Below are positions 41,476-52,855 of a DNA stretch of 64,000 nucleotides, piece after piece. Position numbers and translations under genes: made by a program. The first letter of the stretch is position 1; each line of letters starts with the position of its first letter. The DNA is taken from the NCBI GenBank assembly GCA_019358915.1, contig JAHHIM010000011.1, forward strand, positions 1-64,000. Reading direction: 5' to 3'. The DNA comes from Trichormus sp. ATA11-4-KO1 (GTDB taxonomy: Bacteria; Cyanobacteriota; Cyanobacteriia; Cyanobacteriales; Nostocaceae). The notes below the pieces were generated by a model. It had not been told where the DNA came from. It saw nothing but the letters and a program-made list of their open reading frames with translations, and made no database searches.

Positions 41476-42510
41476 ATGCAGACATACGATAATCCCAACG
41501 TCAAATACGATTGGTGGGCTGGTAACGCCCGGTTCGCCAACCTCTCTGGCTTATTTATCGGCGCTCACGTAGCACAAGCGGCGCTAACAACTCTCTGGGC
41601 TGGGGCGTTTACATGGTTTGAAATCTCTCGCTATCAACCCAATGTACCAATGGGCGAACAGGGGCTAATTTTACTACCTCACTTAGCCACCTTGGGCTTT
41701 GGTGTGGGCGCAGGTGGTGAAGTTGTAGATACTTATCCTTATTTCGTGATTGGTGCTTTACACTTAATTTCCTCTGCCGTTTTAGGTGCTGGTGCGCTGT
41801 TCCATACCTTCAAAGCTCCGAGAAACTTGAAAGACGCGAAGGGGCAGGCGCGTAAATTTCACTTTGAATGGGACGACCCCAAACAACTCGGCTTAATTTT
41901 AGGACACCACCTACTATTTTTAGGCGTAGCAGCTTTGTTGTTAGTAGGGAAAGCCATGTTTTGGGGAGGAATTTACGACACCACAATTCATGATGTCCGA
42001 CTGGTGACGGAACCTACTTTGAATCCTTTTGTGATCTATGGCTATCAAACCCACTTTGCTAGTGTGAACAATTTAGAAGATTTAGTTGGTGGTCATATTT
42101 ATGTGGGTTTCTTATTAATTGGTGGCGGTATTTGGCACATCATTCAAGAGCCGTTTGCTTGGGCGAAAAAGCTATTAATCTTCTCCGGTGAAGCTATTCT
42201 TTCCTACTCTTTAGGCGGTATTGCCTTAGCGGGATTTGTGGCTGCTTATTTCTGTGCAGTCAATACCTTGGCTTATCCGGTGGAGTTTTATGGTCAAACT
42301 TTAGAAGTAAAGCTTGGTGTTAGTCCCTATTTTGCCGACTCAGTGAAGTTAGTCAATGGTGGTTACACTGCTAGAGCATGGTTGGCTAATGCCCATTTCT
42401 TCTTGGCATTTTTCTTCTTACAAGGTCATCTGTGGCACGCGCTACGGGCTATTGGTGTTGACTTTAGACAAGTTGAAAAGTCTTTAAACGCTATTAGTAG
42501 CGAGTCTTGA
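41476..42510 (+). CDS. isiA: Iron-stress-induced chlorophyll-binding protein IsiA (canonical type)
   Basis: [21 protein letters not shown]-terminus; GHLWHALRA. Confidence 0.93.
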   Translation: MQTYDNPNVKYDWWAGNARFANLSGLFIGAHVAQAALTTLWAGAFTWFEISRYQPNVPMGEQGLILLPHLATLGFGVGAGGEVVDTYPYFVIGALHLISSAVLGAGALFHTFKAPRNLKDAKGQARKFHFEWDDPKQLGLILGHHLLFLGVAALLLVGKAMFWGGIYDTTIHDVRLVTEPTLNPFVIYGYQTHFASVNNLEDLVGGHIYVGFLLIGGGIWHIIQEPFAWAKKLLIFSGEAILSYSLGGIALAGFVAAYFCAVNTLAYPVEFYGQTLEVKLGVSPYFADSVKLVNGGYTARAWLANAHFFLAFFFLQGHLWHALRAIGVDFRQVEKSLNAISSES

Positions 42511-42627
42511 GGTGAGGAGGTGGGAGAGGTTTTTTATGAGTCTCTCTCGCCTCTGTTATGTGTGATTTTTTAACGCAAAGGTACGCGAAGTTAGCGCAAA
42601 GGATCGCAAAGTTTGGAGGTATGAGTT

Positions 42628-43587
42628 GTGACGGTTTCTATTGAGAAAAGTTTTGCAGCAGATACAAATTTATCTTGGTTAGTTGGGAATGCGCGGTTAA
42701 CTGATTTGTCAGGTCAATTGTTAGGCGCTCATATTGCTCATGCTGGCTTGATTATGTTTTGGGCGGGAACAACAACTATATCTGAAGTTATCCGCTTTGT
42801 TCCTAACGTACCAATGTATGAGCAGAGAATGACTTTATTACCTCATTTAGCAACTTTAGGTTGGGGTGTAGGTGTTGGTGGTGAAGTAGTAGATACTTAT
42901 CCCTATTTTGTTATTGGGATATTGCATTTAGTTGCATCTGCTGTATTAGCAGCAGGGGGGCTTTTTCATGTGTTTCGCGCCCCAGCAATTTTGTACAATC
43001 CTGGCGGACGAGTAGCGAAGTTTCACTATGAATGGAACGACCCTAAACAGTTGGGTTTGATTTTAGGTCATCATCTAATTATTCTGGGTTTAGGGGCATT
43101 TTTATTGGTACTAAAAGCCATGTATTTTGGCGGAATTTATGACCCTAATGTGGGTGATGTTCGCCTGATTAGTAATCCCAATTTAAACCCCATGACAATT
43201 TTCGGCTACTTAGTTGGTCTGAAAGATGGTGACTGGAATATTTTAGGGATGGCTAGTGTTGATAACTTAGAAGATGTGATAGGTGGTCATATTTGGATTG
43301 GCTGCATTCTCATTTTTGGTGGTGTATGGCATATTCTTGTCAGTCCTTTTGATTGGGTAAGACGAATTTTGCCTATCGAAAATGGTGAGGAAATTTTATC
43401 TTATAGCTTACTTGGTTTAGCTTTAATGGCTTGGATTTCTGCTGCATTTGTGGGGTATAACACCACAGTTTTCCCCATAGAATTTTACGGCTCAGAACGT
43501 CTAGGTCTGGCAAATATTCAGTTTTTCATAGGTATCCTGGCTTTCTTAGGTTACGTTTGGCACTCTTGGCGATCGCGCAAGCGCTGA
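42628..43587 (+). CDS. Short IsiA/Pcb-family chlorophyll-binding protein
   Basis: GNARLTDLSGQLLGAHIAHAG; shortened C-terminal loop. Confidence 0.9.
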   Translation: MTVSIEKSFAADTNLSWLVGNARLTDLSGQLLGAHIAHAGLIMFWAGTTTISEVIRFVPNVPMYEQRMTLLPHLATLGWGVGVGGEVVDTYPYFVIGILHLVASAVLAAGGLFHVFRAPAILYNPGGRVAKFHYEWNDPKQLGLILGHHLIILGLGAFLLVLKAMYFGGIYDPNVGDVRLISNPNLNPMTIFGYLVGLKDGDWNILGMASVDNLEDVIGGHIWIGCILIFGGVWHILVSPFDWVRRILPIENGEEILSYSLLGLALMAWISAAFVGYNTTVFPIEFYGSERLGLANIQFFIGILAFLGYVWHSWRSRKR

Positions 43588-43654
43588 CTTGTCAGTTCGC
43601 ATCAAGTGAATAGCTAATTAATTTTCGCTCAACACTAGCTAAATAATTTTTCAT

Positions 43655-43692
43655 GCCTGCGGTTCACAGCAGTCAACTGTAGGCTTTTTTTT
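43655..43692 (+). terminator. Rho-independent terminator
   Basis: GCCTGCGGTT/AACTGTAGGC stem followed by T8. Confidence 0.7.
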
Positions 43693-43713
43693 GAATTTCT
43701 CTGAGGATGACTC

Positions 43714-43989
43714 ATGTTAGCTATGATTTTTTGTGCCTTTTGTAGTTGGGCAATTGTAATTTTATCTATTTTGAGTGTTTGGTTAACCTTGAAAAAAGGG
43801 ACAAATCATTTAAAACGACTACATGAAATTCCTTGCCATAATTGTGAATATTTCACTAATGACTATCGTCTCAAATGTACAGTAAACCCGATTGAAGCGT
43901 GTTCAGAACAGGCGAGTAGTTGTATAGATTTTGAGCCGAAAACTTGTAATTGTAATGCTTCTCAAAAAGGTCGGAGAAAGCTTGGTTAG
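43714..43989 (+). CDS. Small Cys-rich membrane protein associated with the isi cluster
   Basis: N-terminal TM, IPCHNCEYFTNDYRLKCTVNP...C.D motif; GAGG RBS. Confidence 0.75.
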   Translation: MLAMIFCAFCSWAIVILSILSVWLTLKKGTNHLKRLHEIPCHNCEYFTNDYRLKCTVNPIEACSEQASSCIDFEPKTCNCNASQKGRRKLG

Positions 43990-44124
43990 GATTTTCTAAT
44001 GGTATACATCTCATACCATTTCTTTGTGACTCCTCTTTTTGTGTTCTCTGTGTTCTTTGTGGTTCCAAAATTGTTATCAGAGGACAGTGAAGACTCATTT
44101 ATAAATTTAAAAATCAAAATACCT

Positions 44125-44370
44125 ATGAACCAGCGAACTGATTTCTTATCGGAATTGTGTGATTTTCTTTATCCTCGCAGTCCATATTGTGGGGAGTTTA
44201 AACCAGAGTATTTGGCGTTTAATGCTAATCTCCAAGATTTTTCGCAACGCGTGAACTACATTTGTAGTCTACAAACTGGTGGTAAGCTTTCCCCAGAGGA
44301 GGCTTACAAACAAATCCAGTTACTTTGGAAGCAATTAAAAAATAGTAAAAAGGACTTAGGAATTAGTTAA
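44125..44370 (+). CDS. Small protein associated with the isi cluster (IsiD-like)
   Basis: DFLYPRSPY.GEFKPE.L.FNANLQ.F.QRV..I..L.TGGK.SPEEAY; ATG at 44125 preferred. Confidence 0.75.
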   Translation: MNQRTDFLSELCDFLYPRSPYCGEFKPEYLAFNANLQDFSQRVNYICSLQTGGKLSPEEAYKQIQLLWKQLKNSKKDLGIS

Positions 44371-44427
44371 ATTAACTAGGTAGAATGATGATATTGGCAA
44401 AATATCCTCTACGTTAATTTTTACAAA

Positions 44428-45546
44428 TTACTTTCTTTGTAAGCCAGCTTTGCGAAGGCGTGAAAGCAAACCATGACAGGTGCTGTAATCCTTCTGTATT
44501 TGCTGAATACAAGCTTGGAAATCCTCTAACTTACCTTGATATTCGGCTAAGTCACGTAAATCAATTAGATGACTAATGGCTTGGTCGTAGGATTTTGCTT
44601 GCTTGAGATCAATCAACTTAAAAACATCTTCCCATACTTTATCTTCTCTAGGTGCTAGTGCTTCCAGCTTTTGGATTTTTGCTTGTTGAGCGTCAAGTTG
44701 TTCTTGCTGCTGACGATATTTCTTTTGTTGTTTAGCACTGGCTAACAATTCCGAGAGTGACCTTTGATGCTTACCAGAACTATTGCCAATTTTCTGGGTT
44801 GAAAAAAGTTCTCGTAATCTCTTTAATAGCTGCATCCCAACAAGGGCTTCACCCTTAACAACTCGCAGTAAAAAATCGTTACGTTCTTCTTCTGATAAAG
44901 CTGCTATCCATTCTGTTAACGGTTCAATTTCTTCTTGTTGAGGAACACTAACTTGTGCTGCGGCTGCAATTAAATCTTCATTAATTTGAAAAAATTCGGC
45001 AAATGTTTTCAGAGCAATCGATAAATTTGGCAAATTTGCAGGAACAGGTGGTTCTACTAAATCTTCCTCTTCTTCATCCATGACTAGAGAAGCAGCTTTT
45101 AACCAAGCAAGATACAAAGCACGAAAATCACCGCTTAGTAGGTCGTTGCGTAGTGATACCAACTTAGATAGCCAACCTTCAGCTTCTATCCAATCTCGGT
45201 ATTCTTCATCATCGAGGTTGATATTAAGAATTACATGATTGTCAGTAGTGGCTACTGAAATTTTATCAGGAAGGCAATAGGATTCTAACAATGACACGTC
45301 AACCAGGGATGTTGGCAGGCGAAACATTAATTGTCTAGTGCCCCAGTTTGCCATATACAACATGATGTCAAAGCATTTTTCTAAAACTTGCTGGGGATCA
45401 CCACGAAAATCACCATAGCTGTAAGTAAAAATTGCTTGATTGGATGTTAATTGAACTCGGCTAGATAAAGTCTGAATATAACTTTGTTCTGATGTAGACA
45501 GTGGTCTATCTAATGCCAAAAATTCGTAGTATTGATACTCGCTCAC
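44428..45546 (-). CDS. Hypothetical protein (SEYQYYEF-type N-terminus)
   Basis: Long ORF; likely GTG start at 45546; helical C-terminus. Confidence 0.75.
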   Translation of the reverse strand: MSEYQYYEFLALDRPLSTSEQSYIQTLSSRVQLTSNQAIFTYSYGDFRGDPQQVLEKCFDIMLYMANWGTRQLMFRLPTSLVDVSLLESYCLPDKISVATTDNHVILNINLDDEEYRDWIEAEGWLSKLVSLRNDLLSGDFRALYLAWLKAASLVMDEEEEDLVEPPVPANLPNLSIALKTFAEFFQINEDLIAAAAQVSVPQQEEIEPLTEWIAALSEEERNDFLLRVVKGEALVGMQLLKRLRELFSTQKIGNSSGKHQRSLSELLASAKQQKKYRQQQEQLDAQQAKIQKLEALAPREDKVWEDVFKLIDLKQAKSYDQAISHLIDLRDLAEYQGKLEDFQACIQQIQKDYSTCHGLLSRLRKAGLQRK

Positions 45547-45577
45547 AATAGCACCTGATAATTTTTTAGACTTTTTC

Positions 45578-46630
45578 TTAATCAAAATCTGCGTATTGAG
45601 GAGGACTAGCCCCAACTCGCTTAGTAATTCTGGGATACTTGCCTGATGGAGCTTTATCTACAATGTTTGTAACATCAATCTGGTGCCACCAATCATCACC
45701 AAAATCAAACCAGTAACCAAACGCATCGTCAATAGATAAACCCAGGGAAGCAATTGTAGTACTAGCAACATCCCCTGTAGGCGCTGCTGTCAAATCTAAG
45801 CTTGAAGATGCTTGTTTTAAGCCATACCGTCTAGCATTAGGATCTTGCGGGCCCCTTCCTCCCACTTGAAATTCATACATATGTTCTTCTTCTCGGTCGA
45901 ATGCCTTGAAGATAATTTTATGCAGATCCTCCAAAGTATTGCTGCTTTTAATCTCAATGGTTCGAGACACCACTGAATTTTTAGCAATAAATTCCTCTGT
46001 AATGGGGCCGTCAATTAAAAACACATCCAGCACATATAAGGCATGAGGAGAAGTATTAACTGCTTTTGGTTCCTGGGGTGATGCTGGCGTTTCACTAATT
46101 TCCTCTGATTCTTCATTGTCCGGAATGTAAGGAATAAAGCCCTGGGCATATGCTACTTCCTGAATTTGTCGGGGTACAGACCTGGCATCGAAGATAAATC
46201 CATCAACAGAAATCATCCAAGCCATTGGGTTGTTGTCTAATTTACTGGGCAGACACCAATTAGGGTCCATCTGATGCATGTCCAGAGTATCTCGTACTTG
46301 TTTTGATTTCGCTTGACCAGTGCTGGAACTGACACCAAACCACTGGTACAAATCCTTGGCACTAATATGAGGATCTTGAGAAGGATCAAAGAGAAAATTG
46401 ACCATACCGATCGCATGAGTAATTCCACAAGCCCAAGTGTTATCCTTACCTTTACTCAGTGGCGATGGTCTCTTGCGACACAGTGCTGCTGTGGCAAATC
46501 GAATCAACTGGCTATATTCATCGTTTAAATGTTGTTTGGCAAAATCATCTGCGATCGCCACAATGCTATTGAACTTTTCTTGCATCGCATTGGGAACGTT
46601 TTCTGATTTCTGAGTTTTAGCCATACTCAT
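45578..46630 (-). CDS. DUF6398-like domain fused to a pRiA4b ORF-3 (MM3350-like) domain
   Basis: LCRKRPSPL..G..NTWACGI...NFLFD; TLEDLH.II..AF...EEHMYEF and YWFDFGDDWWHQI motifs. Confidence 0.75.
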   Translation of the reverse strand: MSMAKTQKSENVPNAMQEKFNSIVAIADDFAKQHLNDEYSQLIRFATAALCRKRPSPLSKGKDNTWACGITHAIGMVNFLFDPSQDPHISAKDLYQWFGVSSSTGQAKSKQVRDTLDMHQMDPNWCLPSKLDNNPMAWMISVDGFIFDARSVPRQIQEVAYAQGFIPYIPDNEESEEISETPASPQEPKAVNTSPHALYVLDVFLIDGPITEEFIAKNSVVSRTIEIKSSNTLEDLHKIIFKAFDREEEHMYEFQVGGRGPQDPNARRYGLKQASSSLDLTAAPTGDVASTTIASLGLSIDDAFGYWFDFGDDWWHQIDVTNIVDKAPSGKYPRITKRVGASPPQYADFD

Positions 46631-46945
46631 TACCCTGGTTTAGTATTATTTAGTGACTGACACCGAATCAAAACTTGCATACTTTATTATAAAAAAAACA
46701 TATAGTGACTAATTGGTATATTAATTTTTACAAGTATCAAAAATATTTGAATTATATCTATTGGATACCGTCACACTCATCGACACTCTACAACTCACAC
46801 CGAGAAGAATGGGTGACTCAAACCTTAAAAGATGCCAAGCAAATATGCCTTAGCTAATTAAGACTGTCAGGATCAGAAGGTAAAGGGTAAAAGTCATCTT
46901 CTTTTACCTTTCGCCTTTTGTTCAACTCCCACAACAGGAGGTTAA

Positions 46946-47986
<1,041 letters not shown>

Positions 47987-48145
47987 TGAATCGGGGGAGT
48001 GTACTTCGACTGCGCTCAGTAACCAGGGAGTGGGGGATTTTCTTGATGGCAACGCTGAATAAAAAGGAGTGATATGAAACACAGGCGAGTTTGAATGTAT
48101 TAAGCGCGATCGCCTAAAGCATCCAAACTTGCAGGTTATGGGGCT

Positions 48146-48207
48146 GAATTACGAATTACGAATTACGAATTACGAATTACGAATTACGAATTACGAATTA
48201 CGAATTA
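48146..48207. repeat. Heptamer tandem repeat (GAATTAC)x~9
   Basis: Direct reading; reverse complement of the unit at 20202. Confidence 0.95.
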
Positions 48208-48242
48208 TTCGCCCCAGACTATTTTTCAAACCCCTAAACTAT

Positions 48243-49673
48243 ATGCGTCGAACCAAAATTATCTGTACTGTTGGGCCTGCTACTTCTACACCTGAAAAAT
48301 TGCCAGCTTTGGTGGAAGCAGGAATGAATGTGGCGCGGCTAAATTTTTCTCACGGCGCTTATGAGTTCCATGCTCAAACTGCTAAACATCTTAGACAAAT
48401 TAGTACTGAACAGCAAAAGCCACTGGCGATTATGCAAGACTTGTGTGGCCCCAAAATTCGTTTGGGAACTTTACCACCAGCAGGATTAACAGTGGAAGCT
48501 GGCGATGAAGTCACTTTTGTGTTGCAAGACAAGGGTGACAGTATCGATGAACTACCTTTACCTTTGCCAACTTTATTTGCAATGGTGCGGCCAGGGGAAC
48601 CGATTTTGATTAATGATGGTCGCGTCAAGTTGATTGTCACAGACCGCGATGCTGATAAAATCCGAGCGTTGGTGAAAATTGGTGGTTTACTTTCTACTCA
48701 TAAGGGTGTCAACTTGCCGGAAACTCCTTTACCTGTGAGTTCCATCACCGAAAAAGACTTGATGGATTTGCGCTTTGGCATCCAGTTGGGTGTGGATTTG
48801 GTGGCGGTTTCTTTTGTGCGATCGCCTCAAGATTTAGAACCGGCTCAAAGGATGATTGAGGCGGCTGGGGCTTCGATTCGTTTGATTGCTAAAATTGAAC
48901 GCGCTGAGGCTGTAGAACGGTTCGACTCGATTCTAGAGGTCGCTGACGGGATTATGATTGCCCGTGGTGACTTAGGGGTGGAAATGCCGATTCACGAAGT
49001 TCCCATGATTCAAAAGGACATTATCCGCCGTTGTAATCATGCTGGCAAACCGGTGATTACTGCCACACAAATGTTAGAGTCGATGATTAGCGCGCCTGAT
49101 CCCACCCGCGCTGAAGCTACTGATGTGGCTAACTCGATCTTGGATGGGACGGATGCAGTCATGCTCTCTGGCGAAACTGCTGTGGGGCAATATCCCATTG
49201 CGGCTGTGCAAATGATGCACGATATCGCTGTGTGTACAGAAAAATCCTTGCAAGAGGGTAGTAGACACGCGTGGTCTCATGCCGCAGGCAGTCTCAGCGT
49301 CACGGAATCGGTGGCAGAAGCGGTGTGTAGAATTGCCTACGAAACCGGCGCACGGGCAATTCTGTGTAATACTTCTTCTGGAAGTACAGCAAAACTAGTC
49401 TCTAAATATCGTCCTTCTACGCCGATTATTGCCCTCACCCCTGATGAAACCGCCTACCGCCAGCTAGCCCTTTCTTGGGGTGTGGAACCCTTACTCATTC
49501 CCCCGGTTTACAATGCAGAAGAAATGTTTATGAATGTGGTGAACACAGTCGTAGAAATGGGTTTAGCGAATCATGGTGACAAGGTAGTCATTACCTCTGG
49601 TGTACCAATTGGTAAATCGGGAACAACAAGTTTAATTAAAGTGCATTCTATTGGACAGCCAATTTTGGCGTAA
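48243..49673 (+). CDS. pyk: Pyruvate kinase
   Basis: MRRTKIICTVGP, ARLNFSHG, IMIARGDLG; start at 48243. Confidence 0.95.
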   Translation: MRRTKIICTVGPATSTPEKLPALVEAGMNVARLNFSHGAYEFHAQTAKHLRQISTEQQKPLAIMQDLCGPKIRLGTLPPAGLTVEAGDEVTFVLQDKGDSIDELPLPLPTLFAMVRPGEPILINDGRVKLIVTDRDADKIRALVKIGGLLSTHKGVNLPETPLPVSSITEKDLMDLRFGIQLGVDLVAVSFVRSPQDLEPAQRMIEAAGASIRLIAKIERAEAVERFDSILEVADGIMIARGDLGVEMPIHEVPMIQKDIIRRCNHAGKPVITATQMLESMISAPDPTRAEATDVANSILDGTDAVMLSGETAVGQYPIAAVQMMHDIAVCTEKSLQEGSRHAWSHAAGSLSVTESVAEAVCRIAYETGARAILCNTSSGSTAKLVSKYRPSTPIIALTPDETAYRQLALSWGVEPLLIPPVYNAEEMFMNVVNTVVEMGLANHGDKVVITSGVPIGKSGTTSLIKVHSIGQPILA

Positions 49674-49824
49674 CGCACCTAGAATAGGGCTGAGGCTCAA
49701 GACCGCCGTAAATTTAGGCAATGTTTCCGTAAAATTGCCAAAATCAGCATTTTCAGGAACAGAACAGAGTAACCAAGAAGGGAATTAAGTAAGTCCTAAA
49801 CAAGCACAACTCACGGAGAAATTT

Positions 49825-50829
49825 ATGTCTAAAAGTTTACTAGAACAACTGCGCCAAATGACAGTTGTGGTTGCAGATACCGGAGACATCAAAGCGATTG
49901 AGAAGGTTAAACCCCAAGATGCTACTACCAATCCTTCTTTGATTACTGCTGCGGCACAAATGCCGGAATATCAGGAAATCGTTGACCAAACTTTACTGCA
50001 AGCTAAAAAAGATGCTGGCTCTGGCGCTAGCCAAGCCGAGATAGTTACTTTGGCTTTTGACCGTTTGGCAGTAGCTTTTGGCTTAAAGATTTTACAAATT
50101 ATTCCTGGTCGCGTTTCTACAGAAGTAGATGCCCGCTTGTCTTTTGATACGGAAGCTACCGTTACCAAGGCCAGAGAATTAATTGGCCAGTACAAAGCGG
50201 CTGGTGTAGAGCGCGATCGCGTACTAATTAAAATCGCCGCCACCTGGGAAGGTATCCGCGCTGCGGAAATTCTGGAGAAAGAAGGTATTCATTGTAACCT
50301 TACCCTGTTGTTTGGTTTACACCAAGCGATCGCCTGTGCCGAAGCTGGTGTGACCTTAATTTCTCCTTTCGTTGGTCGAATTCTTGACTGGTACAAGAAA
50401 GATACTGGACGTGATAGCTACCCCTCTGCTGAAGATCCAGGAGTATTATCTGTCACCACAATCTACAACTATTACAAGAAATTTGGTCATAAAACCGAAG
50501 TTATGGGCGCCAGCTTCCGTAACATTGGCGAAATCACCGAACTTGCTGGTTGTGACTTGCTGACTATTTCTCCGGCGCTGTTGGCGGAATTGCAAGCCAC
50601 TATTGGGGACTTACCACGTAAACTTGATCCCGCCAAGGTAGCTAACTTGGAAATTGCCAAAATCACTGTTGATAAAGCTACCTTTGACAAGATGCACGCT
50701 GCTGATCGCATGGCATCTGACAAATTAGCAGAAGGTATCGATGGTTTTACCAAAGCCTTGGTTTCTCTAGAAAAACTCTTAGCAGAGCGACTAGCTCGCC
50801 TGGAAGGAGAAGTGATAGCCAGCCACTAA
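49825..50829 (+). CDS. tal: Transaldolase
   Basis: [32 protein letters not shown]. Confidence 0.95.
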   Translation: MSKSLLEQLRQMTVVVADTGDIKAIEKVKPQDATTNPSLITAAAQMPEYQEIVDQTLLQAKKDAGSGASQAEIVTLAFDRLAVAFGLKILQIIPGRVSTEVDARLSFDTEATVTKARELIGQYKAAGVERDRVLIKIAATWEGIRAAEILEKEGIHCNLTLLFGLHQAIACAEAGVTLISPFVGRILDWYKKDTGRDSYPSAEDPGVLSVTTIYNYYKKFGHKTEVMGASFRNIGEITELAGCDLLTISPALLAELQATIGDLPRKLDPAKVANLEIAKITVDKATFDKMHAADRMASDKLAEGIDGFTKALVSLEKLLAERLARLEGEVIASH

Positions 50830-50918
50830 TGGCACTATCCTCAGCATTTGCCTGACAGGTTGAGGAGAAGATCCTTAACCTGTTACTCTTAGCATCAATC
50901 AGTTATTCAGTTATCAGT

Positions 50919-50960
50919 AAAAAGGCATAATTGGGTTTAATTCCCCCACCTTATGCCTTG
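50919..50960. terminator. Hairpin between convergent genes (probable terminator)
   Basis: AAGGCATAA...TTATGCCTT stem preceded by an A-run. Confidence 0.5.
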
Positions 50961-50990
50961 ATAAATATTCGCTATTCACTTTTCACTGAT

Positions 50991-51323
50991 TTAATATCTG
51001 CGCCAGTCATACATTAATCTACCACGACGATCTTGGACTAGCTGCCATTGTCCATGACGATAGTGTTGTCCTCTATAACGAATACGTTGATAGCGTCGTT
51101 GATGACGCATTCTACGGTGATAGTGGTGTCGTTTATAGCGTCTATTACGATAGCGTCTTCTATGATGTCTATGAGCTAACAAAAGTTCTGGAGTAGCATC
51201 TTCCTCCATTAAATTTGTCTGGAGAACATTATTTACATTACTATCTTTAGCTTCAGCTATAGCCGACGGATAAATGAAGGCAAATAGCAAGATGGCAATT
51301 GAATATAGCTTCTGGATTTTCAT
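50991..51323 (-). CDS. Small secreted Arg/His/Tyr-rich protein
   Basis: Sec-type signal peptide (…AIAEA), acidic spacer, strongly cationic C-terminal half. Confidence 0.75.
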   Translation of the reverse strand: MKIQKLYSIAILLFAFIYPSAIAEAKDSNVNNVLQTNLMEEDATPELLLAHRHHRRRYRNRRYKRHHYHRRMRHQRRYQRIRYRGQHYRHGQWQLVQDRRGRLMYDWRRY

Positions 51324-51422
51324 GTTTTGCCTTTCTTTAATTAGCAGTAATTAGTTTATTTAATAGCTGAAAAGTAGCAACCATATAGTTAACCGTTCAC
51401 AAACGTCAAATAGGTAAAAGTA

Positions 51423-52637
51423 ATGAAAGTATTAGTTCTCAATGCTGGATCGAGCAGCCAAAAAAGTTGTCTGTATGAAATTGCAGATAATCTTCCCAAA
51501 GAACCACTCCAACCTTTGTGGGAAGGAAAAGTTAACTGGACTCAAGATCGGGGAGTAGCAGAGATCGAGGTAAAAACAGCCACGGGTGCTGTGCTGCAAG
51601 AATCAATCTATGGTGATTCGCGACGCGCCCACGTTGCTTATATGCTTTATACCCTCAGTCGCGGTGCTACCAAAGTAATCGATCAACTTTCAGAAATTGA
51701 TGTAGTAGGGCATCGTGTAGTACATGGTGGTGAGAAATATCGCCAAAGTGTAGTAATTACAGAAGATGTGAAAAAAGCGATCGCTCATTTTGCTAATTTA
51801 GCTCCAGCACACAATCCAGCCGCTTTAGAAGGGATAGAAGCCATTGAGCAAAGTTTGGGAGGTGTCACCCAAGTGGCAGTATTTGATACAGGATTTCATG
51901 CCACTCTCCCTGATGCAGCTGCTATCTATCCTGGCCCCTATGAGTGGGTAGAGCAAGGTATTCGCCGCTACGGTTTTCATGGGATCAGTCACCAATATTG
52001 CTCTAGGCGTGCAGCCCAAATCCTCAATCGAGATTTAGCATCCCTGCGCTTAATTAGTTGTCATCTAGGTAATGGTTGCTCGTTGGCAGCAATTAAAAAC
52101 GGTCGTAGTATTGACACGACTATGGGTTTCACTCCTTTAGAAGGATTGATGATGGGTAGTCGTTCCGGTTCAATTGACCCAGGAATTCTGATTTATTTGT
52201 TGCGACATTCTAATTACTCAGTCGAAAGACTGGATTATGTATTAAATAAAGCTTCAGGCTTACGCGGAATTTCGGGAGTATCCAGCGACTTACCACAAGT
52301 AATCGAGGCGATCGCCCAAGGTAATTATCGCGCTCAACTAGCTTGGGATATGTATGTACATCACCTGCGGTCTGGTATTGGGTCAATGCTGGCTACACTG
52401 GGGGGATTAGATGCTTTGGTGTTCACCGCAGGTATAGGGGAAAAATCGCCGGGAATTCGCCAAGCCGCCTGTGAAGCATTTGGTTTTTTGGGATTAAAAA
52501 TTGACCCAGCCAAAAATCAACAGCACCCAGTTGACCAAGATATAGCCACATCTGACTCAGCCATCCGGGTATTAGTCATTCATACTCAAGAAGATTGGGC
52601 GATCGCTCAACAATGTTGGCAAATACACAGGAAATAG
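51423..52637 (+). CDS. ackA: Acetate kinase
   Basis: LVLNAGSSSQK, GHRVVHGG, RRYGFHGISH, TMGFTPLEG. Confidence 0.95.
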   Translation: MKVLVLNAGSSSQKSCLYEIADNLPKEPLQPLWEGKVNWTQDRGVAEIEVKTATGAVLQESIYGDSRRAHVAYMLYTLSRGATKVIDQLSEIDVVGHRVVHGGEKYRQSVVITEDVKKAIAHFANLAPAHNPAALEGIEAIEQSLGGVTQVAVFDTGFHATLPDAAAIYPGPYEWVEQGIRRYGFHGISHQYCSRRAAQILNRDLASLRLISCHLGNGCSLAAIKNGRSIDTTMGFTPLEGLMMGSRSGSIDPGILIYLLRHSNYSVERLDYVLNKASGLRGISGVSSDLPQVIEAIAQGNYRAQLAWDMYVHHLRSGIGSMLATLGGLDALVFTAGIGEKSPGIRQAACEAFGFLGLKIDPAKNQQHPVDQDIATSDSAIRVLVIHTQEDWAIAQQCWQIHRK

Positions 52638-52740
52638 GGAATGGGCAATGGGCAATGGGAAATGGGGACTAAGAAAATCCCCCTCACTCCCTACTCAGCA
52701 CTCCCCTTCGACTTCGCTCAGGGCTAGCGCACTCAGCACT
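52638..52740. repeat. Heptamer tracts (GGGAAT(G)-type, ACTCAGC) with an embedded small dispersed repeat
   Basis: GGGAATGGGCAATGGGCAATGGGAAATGGGG; CTTCGACTTCGCTCAG inside an ACTCAGC tract. Confidence 0.65.
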
Positions 52741-52855
52741 TTAATGTTGCATCTAATAGCACAATCCAAAGTCTGAAACCTAAAATTAAACATAGGGAAA
52801 ATGTTTTAGCGATTACACACTGACAACCAGAGCATACACTTGAGAGGTTATACAG

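Noticed and set aside
43999..44124. Longer 123-aa version of the IsiD-like ORF
   Set aside because: The extension runs through a CTCTGTGTT-type repeat; the conserved-looking part begins at ATG 44125
48129..48242. N-terminal extension of pyruvate kinase (NYELRIT repeats) in the ORF track
   Set aside because: Translation of the (GAATTAC)n tract; the family N-terminus MRRTKI starts at 48243
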